Of a DNA stretch of 64,000 bases, positions 63,401 to 64,000 are shown piece after piece. The DNA is taken from positions 23,684,001 through 23,748,000 of the forward strand of contig CP158635.1 in the NCBI GenBank assembly GCA_050273025.1, given 5' to 3'. The stretch's first letter is position 1. Each line of letters starts with the position of its first letter. The notes beneath the pieces are model-generated. The model did not search any database. It saw only the letters and a program-made list of their open reading frames with translations, and was not told the origin of the DNA. Source of the stretch: Cenococcum geophilum (Eukaryota). A program made the translations under genes and the position numbers.

Positions 63401-64000
63401 TAATATAGTAGCGGAGGTAGTGTTCCAATAACGCATTTAGACGCTCTGTTTACCCGTCTATTTATAGGTAGAAGGCAGTGCTTATTCTTCGCTGTATTTT
63501 TAACAAGAGATAGAATGAAGACTAAAATGCACTGTTAAATACGGTGCCTCTATTAGACATAATTCCCCTTAGCGTGCTAAATGAGAGCCACTGTTCCAAA
63601 AACAGGTCTGCCAGTTCTGCTACTATGATCGTTGTTGTGATAGCAAAGTATCCTAAAAACTTTGTATACCTGTTAACGATTACTAGAATAGCGTTAGTAA
63701 CCTCTTTAGTTCTTATCTTAGTAGGGGGTAAGCCTATAATAAAATCCATTGTTAATTCTAATATAGGTCCCTATAGAATAGGAAGCACTAATAACTTGCT
63801 ATATAGGCGATGCCTGGATATCTATATTCTTTAGCACGTATTACACCTTAATATATAGTCCTTAACCTCTTTAGACATTCCGTCCCAAAAGTATTTCCTT
63901 TAAACGGCCTTAAGGGTTCTATTAGTACCGTAGTAACCCCTAAAAGGGTTATTATAGAAGACCTTTAGAATTTTATCTTAAATCGCTTGGTCCTTTGGAA
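60406..64000 (-). mobile_element. Ty3/Gypsy chromovirus C, 3' part (RIPped; continues beyond window)
   Basis: Candidate 3' LTR 60406-60737 (TGTCAC...CGTTATA) followed by PPT complement GCCTCCCC. Integrase MDFIIGLP...AILVIVNRYTK...SNRG (63749-63522), GPF motif (~63030) and chromodomain (~62720-62840). About 2 kb of extra 3' sequence. Confidence 0.88.
61381..61800 (+). pseudogene. Antisense Cys-rich, intron-containing accessory ORF of Gypsy C
   Basis: From 61381: ...KYYCRCVYTLT*DPSHVYKMPRFSKNKSKCSYYCSRRKTCVL, then GTATTT...GCTAAT..TAG intron signals (~61549-61593). Limits approximate. Confidence 0.5.

Overview
Filamentous-ascomycete (Pezizomycotina-type) DNA with spliceosomal introns and heavy RIP mutation (TpA excess, CpA/TpG loss) in its repeats. 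Three zones. (1) 1-~8.8 kb: a RIP-inactivated DNA transposon remnant with a Plavaka-type transposase on +. It is divergent from a degraded SNF2-like ATPase gene on -, with a 148-bp tandem array between them. (2) ~9.2-22.1 kb: a largely un-RIPped, GC-balanced island with two intact, co-oriented, intron-containing genes of non-self-recognition type. One is a HeLo-like N-domain/ankyrin/C-terminal-TM protein (678 aa). The other is a protein kinase/NB-ARC/TPR/C-terminal-TM NLR (1370 aa). The island also holds a broken Fot1/pogo element, two MITE-like elements and a 14-3-3 gene fragment. (3) 22.1-64 kb: a retrotransposon nest resolved by target-site duplications. One Gypsy element (23177-60254) contains a truncated LINE, a full LINE and a Gypsy-in-Gypsy pair. 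The full LINE itself holds a non-autonomous LTR element, a young TRIM-like element and a SINE-like element. A further Gypsy runs off the right edge. The most interesting signals are the kinase-NLR plus HeLo-ankyrin pair, the Plavaka plus SNF2 element, and antisense Cys-rich ORFs in two Gypsy families. Domain calls come from motif recognition by eye; no database searches were run.
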